A DNA stretch of 64,000 bases, taken from the NCBI RefSeq assembly GCF_009914755.1, contig NC_060935.1. One strand, written 5' to 3'. Shown here piece after piece: positions 27,501 to 40,595 of this stretch. The first letter of the stretch is position 1. The number at the start of each line of letters is the position of its first letter. Below the pieces are notes generated by a model. That model was not told the DNA's origin, searched no databases, and saw only the letters and a program-made list of their open reading frames with translations. The translations under genes were made by a program, and so were the position numbers. The DNA comes from the human T2T-CHM13v2.0 reference genome, Homo sapiens.

Positions 27501-30500
27501 CAAACTAGATGGAAGCATTCTCAGAAACTACTTCGTGATGATTGCATTCGACTCACAGAGTTGAACATTCCTATAGATAGAGCAGGTTGTAAACAATCTT
27601 TTTGTAGAATCTGCGATGGGAGATTTGGACTGCTTTGAGGCCTACTGTAGTAAAGGAAATAACTTCATCTAAAAACCAAACGGAAGCATTCACAGACAAT
27701 TCTTAGTGATCATTGGATTGAACTAACAGAGCTGAACATTCCTTTAGATGGAGCAGTTTCCAAACCCACTTTCTGTAGAATCTGCAAGTGGATATTTGGA
27801 CTTCTCTGAGGATTTCGTTGGAAACGGGATAAACTTCCCAGAACTACACAGAAGCATTGTGAGAAACTTCTTTGTGATGTTTGCATTCAACTCACAGAGT
27901 TGAACCTTGCTTTCATAGTTCAGCTTTCAAACACTCTTTTTGTAGAATCTGCAAGTGGATATTTGGACCACTTTGTGGCCTTCCTTCGAAACGGGTATAT
28001 CTTCACATCAAACCTAGACAGAAGCATTCTCAGAATGTTTCCTGTGATGACTGCATTCAACTCACAGAGGTGAACAATCCTGCTGATGGAGCAGTTTTGA
28101 AACTCTCTTTCTTTGGATTCTGCAAGTGGATATGTGGACCTCTGTGAAGATTTCGTTGGAAACGGGTTCATCCTCACAGAAAAACTAAACAGGAGCATTC
28201 TCAGAAACTGCTTTGTGATGTTTGTGTTCCACTTCAAGAATTGAACTTTCCTCTTGACAGAGCAGCTCTGAAACCCTCTTTTTCTAGAATCTGCAAGTGG
28301 ACATTTGGAGGGCTTTGAGGCCTGTGGTGGAAAAGGAAAATCTTCACATAAAAACTAGATGGAAGCATTCTCAGAAACTACTTTGTGATGATTGCATTCG
28401 ACTCACAGAGTTCAACATTCCTATAGGGAGAGCAGGTTGTAAACAATCTTTTTGTAGAATCTGCGATTAGAGATTTGGACTGCTTTGAGGCCTACTGTAG
28501 TAAAGGAAATAACTTCATCTAAAAACCAAACGGAAGCATTCACAGACAATTCTTAGTGATCATTGCATTGAACTAACAGAGCTGAACATTCGTTTAGATG
28601 GCGCAGTTTCCAAACACACTTTCTGTAGAATCTGCAAGTGGATATTTGGACCTCTCTGAGGATTTCGTTGGAAACGGGATAAACTTCCCAGAACTACACG
28701 GAAGCATTCTGAGAAACTTCTTTGTGATGTTTGCATTCAACTCACAGAGTTGAACCTTGCTTTCATAGTTCAGCTTTCAAACACTCTTTTTGTAGAATCT
28801 GCAAGTGGATATTTGGACCACTTTGTGGCCTTCCTTCGAAACGGGTATATCTTCACATCAAACCTAGACAGAAGCATTCTCAGAATGTTTCCTGTGATGA
28901 CTGCATTCAACTCACAGAGGTGAACAATCCTGCTGATGGAGCAGTTTTGGAATTCTCTTTCTTTGGATTCTGCAAGTGGATATGTGGACCTCTGTGAAGA
29001 TTTCGTTGGAAACGGGTTCATCTTCACAGAAAAACTAAACAGAAGCATTCTCAGAAACTGCTTTGTGATGTTTGTGTTCCACTTCAGGAATTGAACTTTC
29101 CTCTTGACAGAGCAGCTCTGAAACCATCTTATTCTAGAATCTGCAAGTGGACATTTGAAGGGCTTTGAGGCCTGTGGTGGAAAAGGAAAATCTTCACATA
29201 AAAACTAGATGGAAGCATTCTCAGAAACTACTTTGTGATGATTGCATTCGACTCACAGAGTTGAACATTCCTATAGATAGAGCAGGTTGTAAACAATCTT
29301 TTTGTAGAATCTGCGATTGGAGATTTGGACTGCTTTGAGGCCTACTGTAGTAAAGGAAATAACTTCATCTAAAAACCAAACGGAAGCATTCACAGACAAT
29401 TCTTAGTGATCATTGGATTGAACTAACAGAGCTGAACATTCCTTTAGATGGAGCAGTTTCCAAACACACTTTCTGTAGAATCTGCAAGTGGATATTTGGA
29501 CTTCTCTGAGGATTTCGTTGGAAACGGGATAAACTTCCCAGAACTACACGGAAGCATTGTGAGAAACTTCTTTGTGATGTTTTCATTCAACTCACAGAGT
29601 TGAACCTTGCTTTCATAGTTCAGCTTTCAAACACTCTTTTTGTAGAATCTGCAAGTGGATATTTGGACCACTTTGTGGCCTTCCTTCGAAACGGGTATAT
29701 CTTCACATCAAACCTAGACAGAAGCATTCTCAGAATGTTTCCTGTGATGACTGCATTCAACTCACAGATGTGAACAATCCTGTTGATGGAGTAGTTTTGA
29801 AACTCTCTTTCTTTGGATTCTGCAAGTGGATATGTGGACCTCTGTGAAGATTTCGTTGGAAACGGGTTCATCTTCACAGAAAAACTAAACAGAAGCATTC
29901 TCAGAAACTGCTTGGTGATGTTTGTGTTCCACTTCAAGAATTGAACTTTCCTTTTGACAGAGCAGCTCTGAAACCCTCTTTTTCTAGAATCTGCAAGTGG
30001 ACATTTGGAGGGATTTGAGGCCTGTGGTGGAAAAGGAAAATCTTCACATAAAAACTAGATGGAAGCATTCTCAGAAACTACTTTGTGATGATTGCATTCG
30101 ACTCACAGAGTTGAACATTCCTATAGATAGAGCAGGTTGTAAACAATCTTTTTGTAGAATCTGCGATTGGAGATTTGGACTGCTTTGAGGCCTACTGTAG
30201 TAAAGGAAATAACTTCATCTAAAAACCAAACGGAAGCATTCACAGACAATTCTTAGTGATCATTGGATTGAACTAACAGAGCTGAACATTCGTTGAGATG
30301 GCGCAGTTTCCAAACACACTTTCTGTAGAATCTGCAAGTGGATATTTGGACCTCTCTGAGGATTTCGTTGGAAACGGGATAAACTTCCCAGAACTACACG
30401 GAAGCATTCTGAGAAACTTCTTTGTGATGTTTGCATTCAACTCACAGAGTTGAACCTTGCTTTCATAGTTCAGCTTTCAAACACTCTTTTTGTAGAATCT

Positions 30501-33500
30501 GCAAGTGGATATTTGGACCACTTTGTGGCCTTCCTTCGAAACGGGTATATCTTCACATCAAACCTAGACAGAAGCATTCTCAGAATGTTTCCTGTGATGA
30601 CTGCATTCAACTCACAGAGGTGAACAATCCTGCTGGTGGAGCACTTTTGAAACTCTCTTTCTTTGGATTCTGCAAGTGGATATGTGGACCTCTGTGAAGA
30701 TTTCGTTGGAAACGGGTTCATCCTCACAGAAAAACTAAACAGGAGCATTCTCAGAAACTGCTTTGTGATGTTTGTGTTCCACTTCAAGAATTGAACTTTC
30801 CTCTTGACAGAGCAGCTCTGAAACCCTCTTTTTCTAGAATCTGCAAGTGGACATTTGGAGGGCTTTGAGGCCTGTGGTGGAAAAAGAAAATCTTCACATA
30901 AAAACTAGATGGAAGCATTCTCAGAAACTACTTTGTGATGATTGCATTCGACTCACAGAGTACAACATTCCTATAGGGAGAGCAGGTTGTAAACAATCTT
31001 TTTGTAGAATCTGCGATTAGAGATTTGGACTGCTTTGAGGCCTACTGTAGTAAAGGAAATAACTTCATCTAAAAACCAAACGGAAGCATTCACAGACAAT
31101 TCTTAGTGATCATTGGATTGAACTAACAGAGCTGAACATTCCTTTAAATGGCGCAGTTTCCAGACACACTTTCTGTAGAATCTGCAAGTGGATATTTGGA
31201 CCTCTCTGAGGATTTCGTTGGAAACAGGATAAAATTCCCAGAACTACACGGAAGCATTCTGAGAAACTTCTTTGTGATGTTTGCATTCAACTCACAGAGT
31301 TGAACCTTGCTTTCATAGTTCAGCTTTCAAACACTCTTTTTGTAGAATCTGCAAGTGGATATTTGGACCACTTTGTGGCCTTCCTTCGAAACGGGTATAT
31401 CTTCACATCAAACCTAGACAGAAGCATTCTCAGAATGTTTCCTGTGATGACTGCATTCAACTCACAGAGGTGAACAATCCTGCTGATGGAGCAGTTTTGA
31501 AACTCTCTTTCTTTGGATTCTGCAAGTGGATATGTGGACCTCTGTGAAGATTTCGTTGGAAACGGGTTCATCTTCACAGAAAAATTAACAGGAGCATTCT
31601 CAGAAACTGCTTTGTGATGTTTGTGTTCCACTTCAGGAATTGAACTTTCCTCTTGACAGAGCAGCTCTGAAACCCTCTTTTTCTAGAATCTGCAAGTGGA
31701 CATTTGGAGGGCTTTGAGGCCTGTGGTGGAAAAGGAAAATCTTCACATACAAACTAGATGGAAGCATTCTCAGAAACTACTTTGTGATGATTGCATTCGA
31801 CTCACAGAGTTGAACATTCCTATAGATAGAGCAGGTTGTAAACAATCTTTTTGTAGAATCTGCGATGGGAGATTTGGACTGCTTTGAGGCCTACTGTAGT
31901 AAAGGAAATAACTTCATCTAAAAACCAAACGGAAGCATTCACAGACAATTCTTAGTGATCATTGGATTGAACTAACAGAGCTGAACATTCCTTTAGATGG
32001 AGCAGTTTCCAAACCCACTTTCTGTAGAATCTGCAAGTGGATATTTGGACTTCTCTGAGGATTTCATTGGAAACGGGATAAACTTCCCAGAACTACACAG
32101 AAGCATTGTGAGAAACTTCTTTGTGATGTTTGCATTCAACTCACAGAGTTGAACCTTGCTTTCATAGTTCAGCTTTCAAACACTCTTTTTGTAGAATCTG
32201 CAAGTGGATATTTGGACCACTTTGTGGCCTTCCTTCGAAACGGGTATATCTTCACATCAAACCTAGACAGAAGCATTCTCAGAATGTTTCCTGTGATGAC
32301 TGCATTCAACTCACAGAGGTGAACAATCCTGCTGATGGAGCAGTTTTGAAACTCTCTTTCTTTGGATTCTGCAAGTGGATATGTGGACCTCTGTGAAGAT
32401 TTCGTTGGAAACGGGTTCATCCTCACAGAAAAACTAAACAGGAGCATTCTCAGAAACTGCTTTGTGATGTTTGTGTTCCACTTCAAGAATTGAACTTTCC
32501 TCTTGACAGAGCAGCTCTGAAACCCTCTTTTTCTAGAATCTGCAAGTGGACATTTGGAGGGATTTGAGGCCTGTGGTGGAAAAGGAAAATCTTCACATAA
32601 AAACTAGATGGAAGCATTCTCAGAAACTACTTTGTGATGATTGCATTCGACTCACAGAGTTCAACATTCCTATAGGGAGAGCAGGTTGTAAACAATCTTT
32701 TTGTAGAATCTGCGATTAGAGATTTGGACTGCTTTGAGGCCTACTGTAGTAAAGGAAATAACTTCATCTAAAAACCAAACGGAAGCATTCACAGACAATT
32801 CTTAGTGATCATTGCATTGAACTAACAGAGCTGAACATTCGTTTAGATGGCGCAGTTTCCAAACACACTTTCTGTAGAATCTGCAAGTGGATATTTGAAC
32901 CTCTCTGAGGATTTCGTTGGAAACGGGATAAACTTCCCAGAACTACACGGAAGCATTCTGAGAAACTTCTTTGTGATGTTTGCATTCAACTCACAGAGTT
33001 GAACCTTGCTTTCATAGTTCAGCTTTCAAACACTCTTTTTGTAGAATCTGCAAGTGGATATTTGGACCACTTTGTGGCCTTCCTTCGAAACGGGTATATC
33101 TTCACATCAAACCTAGACAGAAGCATTCTCAGAATGTTTCCTGTGATGACTGCATTCAACTCACAAAGGTGAACAATCCTGCTGATGGAGCAGTTTTGGA
33201 ATTCTCTTTCTTTGGATTCTGCAAGTGGATATGTGGACCTCTGTGAAGATTTCGTTGGAAACGGGTTCATCTTCACAGAAAAACTAAACAGAAGCATTCT
33301 CAGAAACTGCTTTGTGATGTTTGTGTTCCACTTCAGGAATTGAACTTTCCTCTTGACAGAGCAGCTCTGATACCCTCTTATTCTAGAATCTGCAAGTGGA
33401 CATTTGAAGGGCTTTGAGGCCTGTGGTGGAAAAGGAAAATCTTCACATAAAAACTAGATGGAAGCATTCTCAGAAACTACTTTGTGATGATTGCATTCGA

Positions 33501-34649
33501 CTCACAGAGTTGAACATTCCTATAGATAGAGCAGGTTGTAAACAATCTTTTTGTAGAATCTGCGATTGGAGATTTGGACTGCTTTGAGGCCTACTGTAGT
33601 AAAGGAAATAACTTCATCTAAAAACCAAACGGAAGCATTCACAGACAATTCTTAGTGATCATTGGATTGAACTAACAGAGCTGAACATTCCTTTAGATGG
33701 AGCAGTTTCCAAACACACTTTCTGTAGAATCTGCAAGTGGATATTTGGACTTCTCTGAGGATTTCGTTGGAAACGGGATAAAGTTCCCAGAACTACACGG
33801 AAGCATTGTGAGAAACTTCTTTGTGATGTTTTCATTCAACTCACAGAGTTGAACCTTGCTTTCATAGTTCAGCTTTCAAACACTCTTTTTGTAGAATCTG
33901 CAAGTGGATATTTGGACCACTTTGTGGCCTTCCTTCGAAACGGGTATATCTTCACATCAAACCTAGACAGAAGCATTCTCAGAATGTTTCCTGTGATGAC
34001 TGCATTCAACTCACAGATGTGAACAATCCTGTTGATGGAGTAGTTTTGAAACTCTCTTTCTTTGGATTCTGCAAGTGGATATGTGGACCTCTGTGAAGAT
34101 TTCGTTGGAAACGGGTTCATCTTCACAGAAAAACTAAACAGAAGCATTCTCAGAAACTGCTTGGTGATGTTTGTGTTCCACTTCAAGAATTGAACTTTCC
34201 TTTTGACAGAGCAGCTCTGAAACCCTCTTTTTCTAGAATCTGCAAGTGGACATTTGGAGGGATTTGAGGCCTGTGGTGGAAAAGGAAAATCTTCACATAA
34301 AAACTAGATGGAAGCATTCTCAGAAACTACTTTGTGATGATTGCATTCGACTCACAGAGTTGAACATTCCTATAGATAGAGCAGGTTGTAAACAATCTTT
34401 TTGTAGAATCTGCGATTGGAGATTTGGACTGCTTTGAGGCCTACTGTAGTAAAGGAAATAACTTCATCTAAAAACCAAACGGAAGCATTCACAGATAATT
34501 CTTAGTGATCATTGCATTGAACTAACAGAGCTGAACATTCCTTTAGATAGCGCAGTTTCCAAACACACTTTCTGTAGAATCTGCAAGTGGATATTTGGAC
34601 TTCTCTGAGGATTTCGTTGGAAACGGGATAAACTTCCCAGAAATACACG
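12557..34649 (+). repeat. Super-HOR domain built from variant HOR types P, Q, R, S, T in the order PQRS QRS S PQRS PQRS PQRST PQRST
   Basis: P = GCTGGTGGAGCACTT/GTACAAC/AAACAGGATAAAATT. Q = AAAATTAACAGG/GCGATGGG. R = ATCCTCAC/GTTCAAC/CGTTTAG. S = TTGGAATTC/TTGAAGGG. T = CAGATGTG/CTTGGTG/CTTTTGAC. EcoRI sites lie at 15354, 17903, 18753, 22152, 25551, 28950 and 33199. Confidence 0.88.
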
Positions 34650-36179
34650 GAAGCATTGTGAGAAACTTCTTTGTGATGTTTGCATTCAACTCACAGAGTT
34701 GAACCTTGCTTTCATAGTTCAGCTTTCAAACACTCTTTTTGTAGAATCTGCAAGTGGATATTTGGACCACTTTGTGGCCTTCCTTCGAAACGGGTATATC
34801 TTCACATCAAACCTAGACAGAAGCATTCTCAGAATGTTTCCTGTGATGACTGCATTCAACTCACAGAGGTGAACAATCCTGCTGATGGAGCAGTTTTGAA
34901 ACTCTCTTTCTTTGTATTCTGCAAGTGGATATGTGGACCTCTGTGCAGATTTCGTTGGAAACGGGTTCATCTTCACAGAAAAACTAAACAAGAGCATTCT
35001 CAGAAACTGCTTTGTGATGTTTGCGTTCCACTTCAGGAATTGAACTTTCCTCTTGACAGAGCAGCTCTGTAACCCTCTTTTTCTAGAATCTGCAAGTGGA
35101 CATTTGGAGGGCTTTGAGGCCTGTGGTGGAAAAGGAAAATCTTCACATACAAACTAGATGGAAGCATTCTCAGAAACTACTTTGTGATGATTGCATTCGA
35201 CTCACAGAGTTGAACATTCCTATAGATAGAGCAGGTTGTAAACAATCTTTTTGTAGAATCTGCGATTGGAGATTTGGACTGCTTTGAGGCCTACTGTAGT
35301 AAAGGAAATAACTTCATCTAAAAACCAAACGGAAGCATTCACAGACAATTCTTAGTGATCATTGGATTGAACTAACAGAGCTGAACATTCCTTTAGATGG
35401 AGCAGTTTCCAAACACACTTTCTGCAGAATCTGCAAGTGGATATTTGGACTTCTCTGAGGATTTCGTTGGAAACGGGATAAACTTCCCAGAACTACACGG
35501 AAGCATTGTGAGAAACTTCTTTGTGATGTTTGCATTCAACTCACAGAGTTGAACCTTGCTTTCATAGTTCAGCTTTCAAACACTCTTTTTGTAGAATCTG
35601 CAAGTGGATATTTGGACCACTTTGTGGCCTTCCTTCGAAACGGGTATATCTTCACATCAAACCTAGACAGAAGCATTCTCAGAATGTTTCCTGTGATGAC
35701 TGCATTCAACTCACAGAGGTGAACAATCCTGCTGATGGAGCAGTTTTGAAACTCTCTTTCTTTGGATTCTGCAAGTGGATATGTGGACCTCTGTGAAGAT
35801 TTCGTTGGAAACGGGTTCATCTTCACAGAAAAACTAAACAGGAGCATTCTCAGAAACTGCTTTGTGATGTTTGTGTTCCACTTCAAGAATTGAACTTTCC
35901 TCTTGACAGAGCAGCTCTGAAACCCTCTTTTTCTAGAATCTGCAAGTGGACATTTGGAGGGCTTTGAGGCCTGTGGTGGAAAAGGAAAATCTTCACATAA
36001 AAACTTTAGGAAGCATTCTCAGAAACTTCTTTGTGATGATTGCATTCGACTCACAGAGTTGAACATTCCTATAGATAGAGCAGGTTGTAAACAATCTTTT
36101 TGTAGAATCTGCGATTGGAGATTTGGACTGCTTTGAGGCCTACTGTAGTAAAGGAAATAACTTCATCTAAAAACCAAAC

Positions 36180-39100
36180 GGAAGCATTCACAGACAATTC
36201 TTAGTGATCATTGGATTGAACTAACAGAGCTGAACATTCCTTTAGATGGAGCAGTTTCCAAACCCACTTTCTGTAGAATCTGCAAGTGGATATTTGGACT
36301 TCTCTGAGGATTTCGTTGGAAACAGGATAAACTTCCCAGAACTACACGGAAGCATTGTGAGAAACTTCTTTGTGATGTTTGCATTCAACTCACAGAGTTG
36401 AACCTTGCTTTCATAGTTCAGCTTTCAAACACTCTTTTTGTAGAATCTGCAAGTGGATATTTGGACCACTTTGTGGCCTTCCTTCGAAACGGGTATATCT
36501 TCCCATCAAACCTAGACAGAAGCATTCTCAGAATGTTTCCTGTGATGACTGCATTCAACTCACAGAGGTGAACAATCCTGCTGATGGAGCAGTTTTGAAA
36601 CTCTCTTTCTTTGGATTCTGCAAGTGGATATGTGGACCTCTGTGAAGATTTCGTTGGAAACGGGTTCATCTTCACAGAAAAACTAAACAGGAGCATTCTC
36701 AGAAACTGCTTTGTGATGTTTGTGTTCCACTTCAAGAATTGAACTTTCCTCTTGACAGAGCTGCTCTAAAACCCTCTTTTTCTAGAATCTGCAAGTGTAC
36801 ATTTGGAGGGCTTTGAGGCCTGTGGTGGAAAAGGAAAATCTTCACATAAAAACTAGATGGAAGCATTCTCAGAAACTACTTTGTGATGATTGCATTCGAC
36901 TCACAGAGTTGAACATTCCTATAGATAGAGCAGGTTGTAAACAATCTTTTTCTAGAATCTGCGATTGGAGATTTGGACTGCTTTGAGGCCTACTGTAGTA
37001 AAGGAAATAACTTCATCTAAAAACCAAACGGAAGCATTCACAGACAATTCTTAGTGATCATTGGATTGAACTAACAGAGCTGAACATTCCTTTAGATGGA
37101 GCAGTTTCCAAACACACTTTCTGTAGAATCTGCAAGTGGATATTTGGACTTCTCTGAGGATTTCGTTGGAAACGGGATAAACTTCCCAGAACTACACGGA
37201 AGCATTGTGAGAAACTTCTTTGTGATGTTTGCATTCAACTCACAGAGTTGAACCTTGCTTTCATAGTTCAGCTTTCAAACACTCTTTTTGTAGAATCTGC
37301 AAGTGGATATTTGGACCACTTTGTGGCCTTCCTTCGAAACGGGTATATCTTCACATCAAACCTAGACAGAAGCATTCTCAGAATGTTTCCTGTGATGACT
37401 GCATTCAACTCACAGAGGTGAACAATCCTGCTGATGGAGCAGTTTTGAAACTCTCTTTCTTTGGATTCTGCAAGTGGATATGTGGACCTCTGTGAAGATT
37501 TCGTTGGAAACGGGTTCATCTTCACAGAAAAACTAAACAGAAGCATTCTCAGAAACTGCTTTGTGATGTTTGTGTTCCACTTCAGGAATTGAACTTTCCT
37601 CTTGACAGAGCAGCTCTGAAACCCTCTTATTCTAGAATCTGCAAGTGGACATTTGGAGGGCTTTGAGGCTTCTGGAGAAAAGGAAAATCTTCACATAAAA
37701 ACTAGATGGAAGCATTCTCAGAAACTACTTTGTGATGATTGCATTCGACTCACAGAGTTGAACATTCCTATAGATAGAGCAGGTTGTAAACAATCTTTTT
37801 GTAGAATCTGCGATTGGAGATTTGGACTGCTTTGAGGCCTACTGTAGTAAAGGAAATAACTTCATCTAAAAACCAAACGGAAGCATTCACAGACAATTCT
37901 TAGTGATCATTGGATTGAACTAACAGAGCTGAACATTCCTTTAGATGGAGCAGTTTCCAAACCCACTTTCTGTAGAATCTGCAAGTGGATATTTGGACTT
38001 CTCTGAGGATTTCGTTGGAAACAGGATAAACTTCCCAGAACTACACGGAAGCATTGTGAGAAACTTCTTTGTGATGTTTGCATTCAACTCACAGAGTTGA
38101 ACCTTGCTTTCATAGTTCAGCTTTCAAACACTCTTTTTGTAGAATCTGCAAGTGGATATTTGGACCACTTTGTGGCCTTCCTTCGAAACGGGTATATCTT
38201 CCCATCAAACCTAGACAGAAGCATTCTCAGAATGTTTCCTGTGATGACTGCATTCAACTCACAGAGGTGAACAATCCTGCTGATGGAGCAGTTTTGAAAC
38301 TCTCTTTCTTTGGATTCTGCAAGTGGATATGTGGACCTCTGTGAAGATTTCGTTGGAAACGGGTTCATCTTCACAGAAAAACTAAACAGGAGCATTCTCA
38401 GAAACTGCTTTGTGATGTTTGTGTTCCACTTCAAGAATTGAACTTTCCTCTTGACAGAGCTGCTCTAAAACCCTCTTTTTCTAGAATCTGCAAGTGTACA
38501 TTTGGAGGGCTTTGAGGCCTGTGGTGGAAAAGGAAAATCTTCACATAAAAACTAGATGGAAGCATTCTCAGAAACTACTTTGTGATGATTGCATTCGACT
38601 CACAGAGTTGAACATTCCTATAGATAGAGCAGGTTGTAAACAATCTTTTTCTAGAATCTGCGATTGGAGATTTGGACTGCTTTGAGGCCTACTGTAGTAA
38701 AGGAAATAACTTCATCTAAAAACCAAACGGAAGCATTCACAGACAATTCTTAGTGATCATTGGATTGAACTAACAGAGCTGAACATTCCTTTAGATGGAG
38801 CAGTTTCCAAACACACTTTCTGTAGAATCTGCAAGTGGATATTTGGACTTCTCTGAGGATTTCGTTGGAAACGGGATAAACTTCCCAGAACTACACGGAA
38901 GCATTGTGAGAAACTTCTTTGTGATGTTTGCATTCAACTCACAGAGTTGAACCTTGCTTTCATAGTTCAGCTTTCAAACACTCTTTTTGTAGAATCTGCA
39001 AGTGGATATTTGGACCACTTTGTGGCCTTCCTTCGAAACGGGTATATCTTCACATCAAACCTAGACAGAAGCATTCTCAGAATGTTTCCTGTGATGACTG

Positions 39101-40420
39101 CATTCAACTCACAGAGGTGAACAATCCTGCTGATGGAGCAGTTTTGAAACTCTCTTTCTTTGGATTCTGCAAGTGGATATGTGGACCTCTGTGAAGATTT
39201 CGTTGGAAACGGGTTCATCTTCACAGAAAAACTAAACAGAAGCATTCTCAGAAACTGCTTTGTGATGTTTGTGTTCCACTTCAGGAATTGAACTTTCCTC
39301 TTGACAGAGCAGCTCTGAAACCCTCTTATTCTAGAATCTGCAAGTGGACATTTGGAGGGCTTTGAGGCTTCTGGAGAAAAGGAAAATCTTCACATAAAAA
39401 CTAGATGGAAGCATTCTCAGAAACTACTTTGTGATGATTGCATTCGACTCACAGAGTTGAACATTCCTATAGATAGAGCAGGTTGTAAACAATCTTTTTG
39501 TAGAATCTGCGATTGGAGATTTGGACTGCTTTGAGGCCTACTGTAGTAAAGGAAATAACTTCATCTAAAAACCAAACGGAAGCATTCACAGACAATTCTT
39601 AGTGATCATTGCATTGAACTAACAGAGCTGAACATTCCTTTAGATGGCGCAGTTTCCAAACACACTTTCTGTAGAATCTGCAAGTGGATATTTGGACCTC
39701 TCTGAGGATTTCGTTGGAAACGGTATAAACTTCCCAGAACTACACGGAAGCATTGTGAGAAACTTCTTTGTGATGTTTGCATTCAACTCACAGAGTTGAA
39801 CCTTGCTTTCATAGTTCAGCTTTCAAACACTCTTTTTGTAGAATCTGCAAGTGGATATTTGGACCACTTTGTGGCCTTCCTTCGAAACGGGTATATCTTC
39901 ACATCAAACCTAGACAGAAGCATTCTCAGAATGTTTCCTGTGATGACTGCATTCAACTCACAGAGGTGAACAATCCTGCTGATGGAGCAGTTTTGAAACT
40001 CTCTTTCTTTGGATTCTGCAAGTGGATATGTGGACCTCTGTGAAGATTTCGTTGGAAACGGGTTCATCTTCACAGAAAAACTAAACAGAAGCATTCTCAG
40101 AAACTGCTTTGTGATGTTTGTGTTCCACTTCAGGAATTGAACTTTCCTCTTGACAGAGCAGCTCTGAAACCCTCTTATTCTAGAATCTGCAAGTGGACAT
40201 TTGGAGGGCTTTGAGGCTTCTGGAGAAAAGGAAAATCTTCACATAAAAACTAGATGGAAGCATTCTCAGAAACTACTTTGTGATGATTGCATTCGACTCA
40301 CAGAGTTGAACATTCCTATAGATAGAGCAGGTTGTAAACAATCTTTTTGTAGAATCTGCGATTGGAGATTTGGACTGCTTTGAGGCCTACTGTAGTAAAG
40401 GAAATAACTTCATCTAAAAA
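36180..40420 (+). repeat. Recent 2-HOR (1699 bp) tandem duplication plus a further single-HOR copy
   Basis: CTGCTCTAAA/GTGTACAT/extra XbaI mark the units at 36349 and 38048. GGCTTCTGGAGAAAAGG marks the units at 37199, 38898 and 39747. Boundaries are approximate. Confidence 0.82.
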
Positions 40421-40595
40421 CCAAACGGAAGCATTCACAGACAATTCTTAGTGATCATTGGATTGAACTAACAGAGCTGAACATTCCTTTAGATGGAGCA
40501 GTTTCCAAACCCACTTTCTGTAGAATCTGCAAGTGGATATTTGGACTTCTCTGAGGATTTCGTTGGAAACGGGATAAACTTCCCAGAACTACACG

